The position numbers and the translations under genes were made by a program. The notes beneath the pieces were generated by a model. It searched no databases, was not told the DNA's origin, and was given only the letters and a program-made list of their open reading frames with translations. From Flavobacteriales bacterium (GTDB taxonomy: Bacteria; Bacteroidota; Bacteroidia; Flavobacteriales; UBA1820), in NCBI GenBank assembly GCA_017537565.1, contig JAFYKQ010000097.1, forward strand, positions 1 through 48,709: a DNA stretch of 48,709 nt, given 5' to 3'. This document shows, piece after piece, positions 36,136 to 44,900 of the stretch. Numbering within the stretch: position 1 is the stretch's first letter; every line of letters begins with the position of its first letter.

Positions 36136-36735
36136 TTATGGTTTGTATCTGGTTTCTATGTTTTTTATCTGGTCCCGTAATCGGGCGGCCTCCTCATAGT
36201 CTTCTACGCCTACGGCACGTTCCATCTTTTCTCTAAGCAGTGCGATGTCTGATGCCACTATCGCATTATCCTGTTTATAGGCCGATGTATCTATGGGTGA
36301 TACCTCTTTTAGTATGATACTGGTCTCATCTATTATATGTTGATAGGTGTAGATAGGAGCATCTGTTATGATGGCCATCGCTACCGCATCAGACGTGCGA
36401 GAATCAATCACCGATATACGACCGTCATATGTGGAGCGAGTATAGATATATGAGTGAAATATGCCATCTATAAACTTGTGTATCAACACTTTGTCTATTG
36501 TGATGTCATTTGCCGAGAGCATTTGATATGATGTCTCGTGCATTAGTGGGCGTTCTGTCCTGTTGTCTGAATTAAGACTGGCCAATGTCTGTGCTTCCAT
36601 AGCACCTATTATGATGGGTATGTATCGCTCCTTTTCTGGACAAGAAAGAAACATAGTATAAGAACCCCTATGAGCATCATTGTGTGCTATAAGGTGTAAC
36701 GATAATGTTACAAATGTGTTCTGTTCCATACTCAT
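36136..36735 (-). CDS. bifunctional nuclease (DUF151) domain protein with a C-terminal UVR motif
   Basis: The N-terminal ~140 aa are DUF151-like (IPIIIGAMEAQTLA, VIDSRTSDAVAMAI). The C-terminus LREKMERAVGVEDYEEAARLRDQI matches the UvrB/UvrC motif. Confidence 0.72.
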   Translation of the reverse strand: MSMEQNTFVTLSLHLIAHNDAHRGSYTMFLSCPEKERYIPIIIGAMEAQTLASLNSDNRTERPLMHETSYQMLSANDITIDKVLIHKFIDGIFHSYIYTRSTYDGRISVIDSRTSDAVAMAIITDAPIYTYQHIIDETSIILKEVSPIDTSAYKQDNAIVASDIALLREKMERAVGVEDYEEAARLRDQIKNIETRYKP

Positions 36736-36784
36736 AGTCTGTGTGCTATCGCATAGGAAAAATAGTTCTTTTTGTGTATGATGC

Positions 36785-38020
36785 CTATATTTTATGTGTT
36801 AAACTTTTATCCAATGCATCTAGGAATTCGCCTACGGTGGCCACTATCCCATAGTCTGAATATGAAAATATGGCAGCAGCAGGGTCTGTATTTACCGCTA
36901 TCACTACTCCCGATTTCATCATTCCTCCTATGTGTTGCAATGCTCCGCTTATACCCAATGCCATATACACGCGAGGTTTTACACGTGTGCCGGTCTGCCC
37001 TATGTGTTGGTAGTAGGGACGTTTTCCACTGTGGAACACAGGTCGCGTACAACCTACGGCAGCATTGATGTTGGCAGCTATTTTATCTATCATCACCCAG
37101 TCATCGTCTGTACAACCCATACCTCCGCTTATAATCACTGGGGAGTCTTTTAAATCTCTATGTGCAGGTAGTGTAGTCTTCTCTCCTGTGATGGGATATG
37201 GAACAGCACAAGGATTACCCGTGATAGAAACAGAGGCCTCTACTCTTCCAGAAAAAAGAGAAACCACCCCATCATTTTCATCGGTTGAAATACAAGGCTC
37301 CTCTAGTAGTATGTCTGCTATCTTATCTATATCGTCCAGAGTCATCATTTTAACCTTTGGACGAGATTTGGCAGGAGAGTAATTACTATATGTGGTACGT
37401 GATTGCGGAGTTGTGGTAGGTGTTACTGTGTTTATGGCCTGTCGCATAGATAGCATCATATCACGCATAGATGGTATCTTGACAGATTCGGCTGGGAAGA
37501 TGGATTTGTCGCAGGATAGAATGACTGGTGTGGTGATGTCTTTTATTCTCTCCACACAGTCGCTATGAGAGCACGTTATATGAATCTTGCCACAGCTGTC
37601 TTTTTCTATGTGTGAAACATCTTTTATAAGATGTATTCCCAGTAGTTCTGAAAGATATTCGGCTGTCTGTCCCGATGCATAATCCCACGAAGCATTACTG
37701 CACATGATGATGTCATAGTCCTTTACATAGGAGGCTATATGATGAGCCGTAGTATAAGCGTCGTATGCTGTAGCACATATATGTGTAATGGAGCCAGCCC
37801 CCATAGCTATGGTGTATCTCAATGCTTTGTCGCGAGGAGTGTCACCTACGTGTACCACTTCTACATTATCACATATCGACATAGCAGCCGCCAAAGTCTG
37901 TTTATCCAGAGGATTTACATCTAGATATGTATCGGGTACATTTACACCAGTGGCAGACGTGTGATTTTCCACAGGATAGTAAATGTCTGGTACTATGGAT
38001 ATGGGGACAATGATTTTCAT
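36785..38020 (-). CDS. single-chain electron-transfer-flavoprotein-like protein: ETF-beta/FixA-like N-domain fused to the ETF-alpha/FixB C-terminal FAD-binding domain
   Basis: Residues ~1-205 are FixA-like (MKIIVPI...NPLDKQTLAAAM...ALRYTIAMGA...YDIIMCSNASWDYASGQTAEYLSELLG). A Thr/Ser/Pro-rich linker follows. Residues ~290-411 are FixB C-terminal-like (VIISGGMG...AAVGCTRPV...QIGQTGTRVKPRVYMALGISGALQHIGGM...IAVNTDPAAAIFSYSDYGIV). Confidence 0.72.
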   Translation of the reverse strand: MKIIVPISIVPDIYYPVENHTSATGVNVPDTYLDVNPLDKQTLAAAMSICDNVEVVHVGDTPRDKALRYTIAMGAGSITHICATAYDAYTTAHHIASYVKDYDIIMCSNASWDYASGQTAEYLSELLGIHLIKDVSHIEKDSCGKIHITCSHSDCVERIKDITTPVILSCDKSIFPAESVKIPSMRDMMLSMRQAINTVTPTTTPQSRTTYSNYSPAKSRPKVKMMTLDDIDKIADILLEEPCISTDENDGVVSLFSGRVEASVSITGNPCAVPYPITGEKTTLPAHRDLKDSPVIISGGMGCTDDDWVMIDKIAANINAAVGCTRPVFHSGKRPYYQHIGQTGTRVKPRVYMALGISGALQHIGGMMKSGVVIAVNTDPAAAIFSYSDYGIVATVGEFLDALDKSLTHKI

Positions 38021-38041
38021 AATGAATACTCATTTAAATGA

Positions 38042-38049
38042 CAAATGTA
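38042..38049 (-). promoter_or_regulatory. -7 promoter box (TACATTTG on minus strand) for the ETF-like gene
   Basis: The plus strand reads CAAATGTA, 22 nt upstream of the ATG at 38020. Confidence 0.5.
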
Positions 38050-38142
38050 CTTCTTTTACTCCACCATACCAAATATAAAATCAGCATAAGAACACGTGAT
38101 AAATAAATTTAAAAAATTATGACTTAAATCCATTAGTGTTTA

Positions 38143-38150
38143 TTAGCTTT
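38143..38150 (+). promoter_or_regulatory. -7 promoter box TAGCTTTG for the aminotransferase gene
   Basis: This exact TAnnTTTG match overlaps the first ATG of the track ORF (38149), which argues for the start at 38203. Confidence 0.5.
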
Positions 38151-38202
38151 GCAGTACGATATGAAAAGTGCACATAAATATCAAAAACATATACTAATTA
38201 TT

Positions 38203-39408
38203 ATGGAAAAAACATCAACTAAACTATCGGGACGCATAGAGCGTTTGGAACCATCTGCTACACTGGCTATGAGTGCCAAAGTACGTGAACTGAAAGCACA
38301 AGGCGTGGACGTTATCTCTCTATCACTGGGAGAAACAGACTTCTTTACTCCAGACGTAGTAAAAGACGCGGCCAAAAAAGCCATAGATGACAACTATAGC
38401 TTCTACTCTCCTGTGGCTGGTTATCCAGAACTTAAAAAAGCCGTATGCCACAAGTTCAAACGCGATAACAACCTTACTTATGAGCCATCACAGGTAGTGG
38501 TATCTACTGGTGCCAAAAACTCTATCTATAACGTGATGCAAGTCCTTGTGGACAAAGGTGACGAAGTCCTAGTTCCTGCACCATACTGGGTGAGCTACAT
38601 AGAAATCGTTAAGCTAGCCGAAGGTACTCCTGTGGTAATGCCTACCGATATTTCTACCAACTATAAAATCACTCCAGCACAGCTGGAAGCAGCTATCACT
38701 CCTCGTACCAAAGCCATCATCTATTCTTCACCATCCAACCCTACTGGGGCTGTATATACTCGTGAAGAACTCAAGGCTCTGGCAGAAGTACTAGCCAAAC
38801 ATCCTAATGTTTACATTATATCTGACGAAATATACGAACACATAAACTTCACTCCAGAAGGTCACACATCTATCGCCGAATTCCCAGAGGTTTACAACCA
38901 GACTATCGTTATCAATGGTCTTGCCAAGGCTTATGCTATGACAGGTTGGCGTATAGGTTTCATAGGTGCTCCTGCCTGGATAGCCAAGGCTTGTGATAAT
39001 TTCCAGGGACAGGTAACATCTGGTACAAACTCTGTGGCACAGATAGCTGCTGTAACGGCTCTATTGGCAGACCCACAGGAAGTGGTAAAACCTATGGTAG
39101 AGGTATTTGCACGTCGTCGTGAGTTGGTTCTTAAAGGTCTTGCCGAAATACCTGGATTTAAGACAGATATACCTTATGGTGCATTCTATGCTTTCCCAGA
39201 TATTTCTGCTTATAAAGGAAAGACATTGCGTGGTCATGAGATTAAGACATCAGACGACCTATGTATGTACCTACTAGCCGAAGCTCACGTAGGACTTGTA
39301 GCAGGTTCTTCGTTTGGTAATGACGATTGCATACGTCTGTCTTATGCCGCTAGCGAAGAGGTTCTTTCAGAAGCCATTCGTCGTATAAAAGAAGCTCTTA
39401 CAGAATAA
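38203..39408 (+). CDS. class I pyridoxal-phosphate aminotransferase (aspartate aminotransferase-like)
   Basis: The motifs SLSLGETDF, SSPSNPTG and the PLP-lysine motif NGLAKAYAMTGWRIG are present. The start is taken at MEKTSTKLSGRIERLEPS. Confidence 0.88.
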   Translation: MEKTSTKLSGRIERLEPSATLAMSAKVRELKAQGVDVISLSLGETDFFTPDVVKDAAKKAIDDNYSFYSPVAGYPELKKAVCHKFKRDNNLTYEPSQVVVSTGAKNSIYNVMQVLVDKGDEVLVPAPYWVSYIEIVKLAEGTPVVMPTDISTNYKITPAQLEAAITPRTKAIIYSSPSNPTGAVYTREELKALAEVLAKHPNVYIISDEIYEHINFTPEGHTSIAEFPEVYNQTIVINGLAKAYAMTGWRIGFIGAPAWIAKACDNFQGQVTSGTNSVAQIAAVTALLADPQEVVKPMVEVFARRRELVLKGLAEIPGFKTDIPYGAFYAFPDISAYKGKTLRGHEIKTSDDLCMYLLAEAHVGLVAGSSFGNDDCIRLSYAASEEVLSEAIRRIKEALTE

Positions 39409-39429
39409 TATATATGCCATACGGGCAGT

Positions 39430-39461
39430 AAGGCACGCCTCTATCGAGGCGTGCCTTTTTT
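39430..39461 (+). terminator. intrinsic terminator of the aminotransferase gene
   Basis: AAGGCACGCCTC-TATC-GAGGCGTGCCTT forms a 12 bp stem followed by TTTT. Confidence 0.85.
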
Positions 39462-39612
39462 ATTGCGTTCGCCCTGGGGGCGAACACAATTTTATAGTGC
39501 AGAATGATGTAAATTTTGGCTGAAATTTTGATATTTGTGCAAAAAGATGGTCATAAAAAGTATAAAAGCATAAATAACAGCCTAAATTTTGGCTAAATCG
39601 TATGTAATTAGT

Positions 39613-39620
39613 ACTTTTGT
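39613..39620 (+). promoter_or_regulatory. -7 promoter box TACTTTTG for the nfnA-nfnB-PFOR operon
   Basis: Exact TAnnTTTG match 32 nt upstream of the ATG at 39652. Confidence 0.55.
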
Positions 39621-39651
39621 GAGCTAAAACTATACATATAGGAAAGACATT

Positions 39652-40515
39652 ATGTACGAAATATCAGAACATAAACTATTGGCACCCTGCATATACGGTA
39701 TGAAGGTATATGCTCCGCGTGTGGCTCGTGCTGCACAGCCTGGACAGTTTGTTATAGTACGTGTGGGAGAAAACGGTGAACGTATCCCTCTCACGATATG
39801 TGACTATGACAGACAGGCAGGAACTATTACTCTTGTGGTGCAGATAATAGGTGCTTCATCGCGTAAGATATGTGCCCTTAAAGACGGGGATTGTTTTACA
39901 GACTTCGTAGGGCCGCTGGGACACCCATCAGAATTCATTCACGAGAGTGAAGAAAAATTGAAATCCACCTCTCGTCTTTTTGTGGCAGGCGGTGTAGGTG
40001 CAGCCCCTGTGTATCCACAGGTCAAATGGCTGCAAGAGCGTGGTATACAGACAGATGTCATCATAGGGGGTAAGAGTAAAGACTATATCCTGCTATCTGA
40101 TGAGATGCGTGCATTGGGTGCTCGTGTGCATATAGCTACCGATGATGGCAGCGAAGGTTTCAGTGGGCTTGTAACAGGGCTGCTTGAAAAACTGGTAGAA
40201 GAAGGACATCATTTTGACCAGGTGATAGCCATAGGTCCTATGATAATGATGAAATTTGTAGCTCTTACTACCAAAAAATATGACATACCTACTATCGCGT
40301 CGCTTAACTCACTGATGGTGGACGGTACGGGTATGTGTGGTGCTTGTCGTGTGACGGTGGGTGGACAGACTCGTTTTACCTGTGTAGATGGTCCAGAATT
40401 TGATGCACATCTGGTGGACTTTGATGGTGCGATGCGTCGTAGTGCTATGTATAGACAGATGGAGAAAGAGAAGGACTGTCAGTGTATGGAAAAATTATCA
40501 CAAGAATCAAAATAA
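39652..40515 (+). CDS. nfnA: NfnA/SudB-type FAD/NAD(P)-binding ferredoxin-reductase-like subunit with a C-terminal 2Fe-2S site
   Basis: It resembles the PyrK/sulfide dehydrogenase beta subunit (GQFVIVRV, RIPLTICD, AGGVGAAPV) and has the C-terminal cluster MCGACRV...FTCVDGPEF. Confidence 0.8.
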   Translation: MYEISEHKLLAPCIYGMKVYAPRVARAAQPGQFVIVRVGENGERIPLTICDYDRQAGTITLVVQIIGASSRKICALKDGDCFTDFVGPLGHPSEFIHESEEKLKSTSRLFVAGGVGAAPVYPQVKWLQERGIQTDVIIGGKSKDYILLSDEMRALGARVHIATDDGSEGFSGLVTGLLEKLVEEGHHFDQVIAIGPMIMMKFVALTTKKYDIPTIASLNSLMVDGTGMCGACRVTVGGQTRFTCVDGPEFDAHLVDFDGAMRRSAMYRQMEKEKDCQCMEKLSQESK

Positions 40516-40522
40516 TAAGGCT

Positions 40523-41917
40523 ATGGCAGTAAAAACACCTCGTGTATATCCTCAGGAACAAGACCCACAGGTACGTTCTACCAATTTTGAGGAAGTGTGC
40601 TATGGTTTCACAGGAGAAGAAGCCATTCTGGAAGCATCACGCTGTCTGGATTGTAAGAATCCACGTTGTGTGCAGGATTGTCCTGTAAACGTGCAGATAC
40701 CAGCCTTTATACGTGAACTTAAAAAAGGCGATGTAGAGGCTGCTGCCGCAGTCATAGCTCGCGATAGTGCCCTACCTGCTATATGTGGTCGTGTATGTCC
40801 ACAGGAAACACAGTGCGAAGGTTCTTGTGTGGTAGGTATAAAAGGAGAACCAGTGTCCATAGGAAAGCTAGAACGCTACACGGCCGACACTATGCGTGCT
40901 ATGGGCAAAAAGGTAAAAGTAGAGGTACAGCCATCAAATGGTCATAAGGTGGCAGTTATAGGTAGTGGTCCTGCGGGTCTTGCCTGTGCGGGAGAATTGG
41001 CTACAAGAGGTTATACGGTTAAGATATTTGAAGCTCTGCATACGGCCGGTGGAGTGCTATCATATGGTATTCCAGAATTCCGTCTGCCAAAGGAAAAAGT
41101 AGTAGCAGCCGAAATACAGAACGTAAAAGACCTGGGAGTAGAGATAGAGACTAATGTCATAGTGGGACGTACGGTAACGATAGACTCACTGATGGACGAG
41201 GACGGTTATGAAGCGGTATTTGTAGGTAGTGGTGCCGGCCTTCCCAATTTTATGGGTATAGAGGGAGAAAACCTCAATGGAGTGGTAAGTGCCAACGAAT
41301 TCCTAACCCGTGCCAACCTTATGCACGCATACCAAAAAGATGCCGATACACCTATATATGTAGGTAATCGTGTGGTAGTAGTAGGTGGTGGTAATGTGGC
41401 TATGGACGCTGCCCGTACAGCCAAACGTCTGGGAGCCGATGTTACTGTCGTGTATCGTCGTACAGAAAAAGAACTACCTGCACGTGTAGAAGAGGTACAC
41501 CACGCCAAGGAAGAAGGCATACATTTTGCGTTCCTTACCAATCCTACGTCTATACACGGTAACGAGGCTGGATTTGTAACATCTATCACTTGTGTGAAGA
41601 TGGAGCTGGGAGAACCAGACGAGGGAGGTCGTCGCCGTCCTATCGTTATAGAAGGTTCACAGCACGATATAGAGGCAGACGTTGTTATAATGTCGTTGGG
41701 GACTAGTCCAAACCCTCTTATCAAGATGACAACACCGGGTCTGGAAACAGGTCGTCGTGGAACTATTACCGCTACAGAAGAAGGTGCTACCACCCGCGAG
41801 GGAGTATTTGCAGGTGGTGATGCTGTGACTGGTGCAGCTACCGTTATTCTGGCTATGGGTGCAGGTCGTCGTGCGGCTGCTGCCATAGATGCATACATAC
41901 AGGAAAAAAATAAATAA
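40523..41917 (+). CDS. nfnB: NfnB / GltD-like NADPH-dependent glutamate synthase small-chain homologue
   Basis: The start is taken at MAVKTPRVYPQ. Fe-S motifs CLDCKNPRCVQDCPV and CGRVCPQETQCEGSC are present, followed by two dinucleotide folds (VAVIGSGPAGLACA, VVVVGGGNVAMDAART). Confidence 0.86.
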   Translation: MAVKTPRVYPQEQDPQVRSTNFEEVCYGFTGEEAILEASRCLDCKNPRCVQDCPVNVQIPAFIRELKKGDVEAAAAVIARDSALPAICGRVCPQETQCEGSCVVGIKGEPVSIGKLERYTADTMRAMGKKVKVEVQPSNGHKVAVIGSGPAGLACAGELATRGYTVKIFEALHTAGGVLSYGIPEFRLPKEKVVAAEIQNVKDLGVEIETNVIVGRTVTIDSLMDEDGYEAVFVGSGAGLPNFMGIEGENLNGVVSANEFLTRANLMHAYQKDADTPIYVGNRVVVVGGGNVAMDAARTAKRLGADVTVVYRRTEKELPARVEEVHHAKEEGIHFAFLTNPTSIHGNEAGFVTSITCVKMELGEPDEGGRRRPIVIEGSQHDIEADVVIMSLGTSPNPLIKMTTPGLETGRRGTITATEEGATTREGVFAGGDAVTGAATVILAMGAGRRAAAAIDAYIQEKNK

Positions 41918-41937
41918 ACATAAATACACAGAAAACA

Positions 41938-44900
41938 ATGGCAAAAGAAAAAAAATTCATTACGTGTGACGGTAACTATGCCGCAGCACACGTTTCTTAC
42001 CTGTTTTCAGAACTAGCAGCTATCTACCCTATCACTCCATCTTCTACGATGGCAGAACTGGTGGACGAATGGGCTTCTGCTGGTAAGAAAAACTTCTGGG
42101 GAGAAAAAGTAAAAGTCGTAGAAATGCAGTCTGAAGGTGGTGCAGCAGGTGCTGTACACGGTTCTTTGCAGGCAGGTGTGCTTACTAGCACATATACAGC
42201 TTCACAGGGACTTCTACTTATGATTCCAAATATGTACAAGATAGCAGGTGAATTGCTTCCTGCGGTGTTCCACGTTTCTGCTCGTGCACTGGCTACATCA
42301 TCACTTTCTATATTTGGTGACCACGGTGACGTGATGGCTGCTCGTCAGACAGGTTTTGCGATGTTGGCTTCGGCTGGTGTACAGGAAGCTATGGACTTGG
42401 CTGGTGTTGCACATCTTTCTACACTTAAAGGACGTGTACCATTTGTACATTTCTTTGATGGTTTCCGTACTTCTCACGAGATACAGAAGATAGAAGAGAT
42501 AGATGCCGAATCTCTTAAAGCTCTTATAGACGAAAAAGCATTGGCAGAATTCCGTGCACGTGCTCTTAACCCTAACGCGCCTGTTACTCGTGGTACTGCA
42601 CAGAACCAGGACGTACACTTCCAGTCGGTAGAATCTGCCAACAGATACTATGACGCTCTTCCAGAGATAGTTCAGGAGTATATGGAAAAAGTATCTGCTG
42701 TATGTGGTCGTAAGTATAACCTATTTGACTACTATGGTGCTCCAGATGCCGAAAACGTAGTTATAGCTATGGGTAGTGCTACACAGACTATATGCCAGAC
42801 AGTGGATTACCTTAACGCACAGGGTAAAAAAGTGGGTGTTGTTGTGGTACGTCTATTCCGTCCATTCAGTGCCAAACACTTCCTTTCTGTTCTTCCAGAA
42901 ACAGTTAAACGCATAGCAGTTCTAGACCGTACAAAAGAAGCAGGTAGTGCTGGCGAACCTCTATATCAGGACGTACGTACAGTGCTGTTTGAAAAAGGTT
43001 CAGACATACAGGTAGTAGGTGGTCGTTATGGTCTTTCTTCAAAAGACGTTACACCAGCTCATATAATGTCTGTATATGAAAATCTGGAACTTCCAGAACC
43101 TAAAAACAACTTCACGATAGGTATCGTGGACGACGTTACGTTCCTTTCTCTTCCTATGAAAGAAGAGATAGCATTGGCAGACGCTACTACATTTGAAGCT
43201 AAATTCTATGGTCTAGGTGCCGATGGTACTGTGGGTGCCAACAAAAACACTATCAAAATCATAGGTGAATCTACCGATAAATACTGCCAGGCATACTTTG
43301 CATATGACTCTAAAAAATCTGGTGGTTTCACTTGCTCACACTTGCGTTTTGGTGATAAGCCTATCGATACTCCATATCTGGTAACTACACCAAACTTTGT
43401 AGCTTGTCACGTTACACCATATCTTACAAAATATGATATGTTGCGTGGTATCAAGGACGGTGGTACATTCCTTCTTAACAGCCTTTACAACGAGGAAGAA
43501 ACCAAAGCCCTATTGCCAGATAGCGTTAAGAGCATACTTGCCAAAAAACACATCAATTTCTATATAATCAACGCTACCAAGATAGCTCGCGAGATAGGTC
43601 TTGGTGGACGTACAAACACTATTCTTCAGTCTGCATTCTTCAAGATAGCCGATGTTATCCCTTATGAAAAAGCCGTAGAAGAGATGAAACACTTCATCGA
43701 GAAGAGCTATGGTAAAAAAGGTGCCGATATCGTTGAGAAAAACTACGCAGCTGTGGACCGTGGTGGCGAATACATCAAGGTAGAAGTACCAGCCGAATGG
43801 GCAGAAATAGAAGCTACATTTGTACCAGAAACACCAGAACGTCCTACTCCTACAGATTTTGTTACAGCGGTGTGTGACCCTGTAAATGCACAGATGGGTG
43901 ATGACCTACCTGTAAGCGTATTCAAAGGATATGAAGATGGTACACTTCCTGCTGGTACTGCTGCATATGAAAAACGTGGTATAGCTGTTACTGTTCCTAA
44001 ATGGAATTCAGCTACATGTATCCAGTGTAACCAGTGTGCTTATGTATGTCCTCACGCTGCTATACGTCCATTCCTTCTTACAGATGAAGAAGCTGCTGCT
44101 CTTCCAGAAGGCGTAGAAACAAAACAGGGTGCTGCATCACTTAAAGCATACAAGTTCCGTATCCAGGTATCTCCACTAGACTGTACAGGTTGTAACAACT
44201 GTGTGGCAGTATGTCCTACCAAGGAGAAATCACTTGTTATGACTCCGCTGGCCGAAATGATGGGTGAACAGAGTCTATTTGAACATCTACACGCCAATGT
44301 AGGTTATAAAGAAGTGGTAGATAAATCACAGAACGTTAAAAACAGCCAGTTCTCACAGCCATTGTTTGAGTATTCTGGTGCTTGTGCGGGATGTGGTGAG
44401 ACTCCATACGTTAAACTGGTGAGCCAGCTATTTGGTGACCACACTATGGTAGCCAATGCTACTGGTTGTTCTTCTATCTATTCTGGTTCATTCCCAGCAT
44501 CTCCATATACGACAAATGCCAAAGGTCAGGGTCCTGCTTGGGCTAACTCACTATTTGAGGATAACGCCGAGTTTGGTCTTGGTATGCGTCTGGGTAGCGA
44601 ACGTATGCGTAGCCGTCTGGTAGAGCTTATGAATCGTGCCATAGCGAGCGATGAATGCCCAGAGGAAATGAAAGCAACGTTTGCAGAATGGATAGAAAAA
44701 CGCAACGATGTTAAAGAAGCAGAACGTCTGGCTGCCGTGATAGAAGAGATGTGCGGTGGTTGTGACTGTGATATATGCCGCGAAATCATCATACTGAAAG
44801 GTTACCTTACTAAACGTAGCCAGTGGATTATAGGTGGTGACGGTTGGGCTTATGACATAGGTTATGGTGGTCTTGACCACGTACTGGCAAGTGGTGAAAA

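Noticed and set aside
38149-38202. Upstream in-frame ATG for the aminotransferase
   Set aside because: A TAnnTTTG promoter box overlaps this ATG, and the conserved N-terminus starts at MEKTSTKL (38203).
39467-39485. Second hairpin GTTCGCCC-TGG-GGGCGAAC just after the aminotransferase terminator
   Set aside because: It has no U-run and no second copy in the window, so it is most simply a back-up stem or a chance GC-rich hairpin.
40388-40522. 5' extension of the nfnB ORF overlapping the end of nfnA
   Set aside because: The extension translates to non-homologous sequence (MVQNLMHIWWTLMV...) and overlaps nfnA. The conserved protein begins at MAVKTPRVYPQ (40523), 7 nt after the nfnA stop.
41206-41991. 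261 aa minus-strand ORF antisense to nfnB (and the 95 aa ORF at 41657..41944)
   Set aside because: It is fully embedded antisense in a very well supported gene. Its Ala/Arg/Pro/Ser-rich composition is typical of the shadow frame of a GC-richer coding region, and it has no start context.
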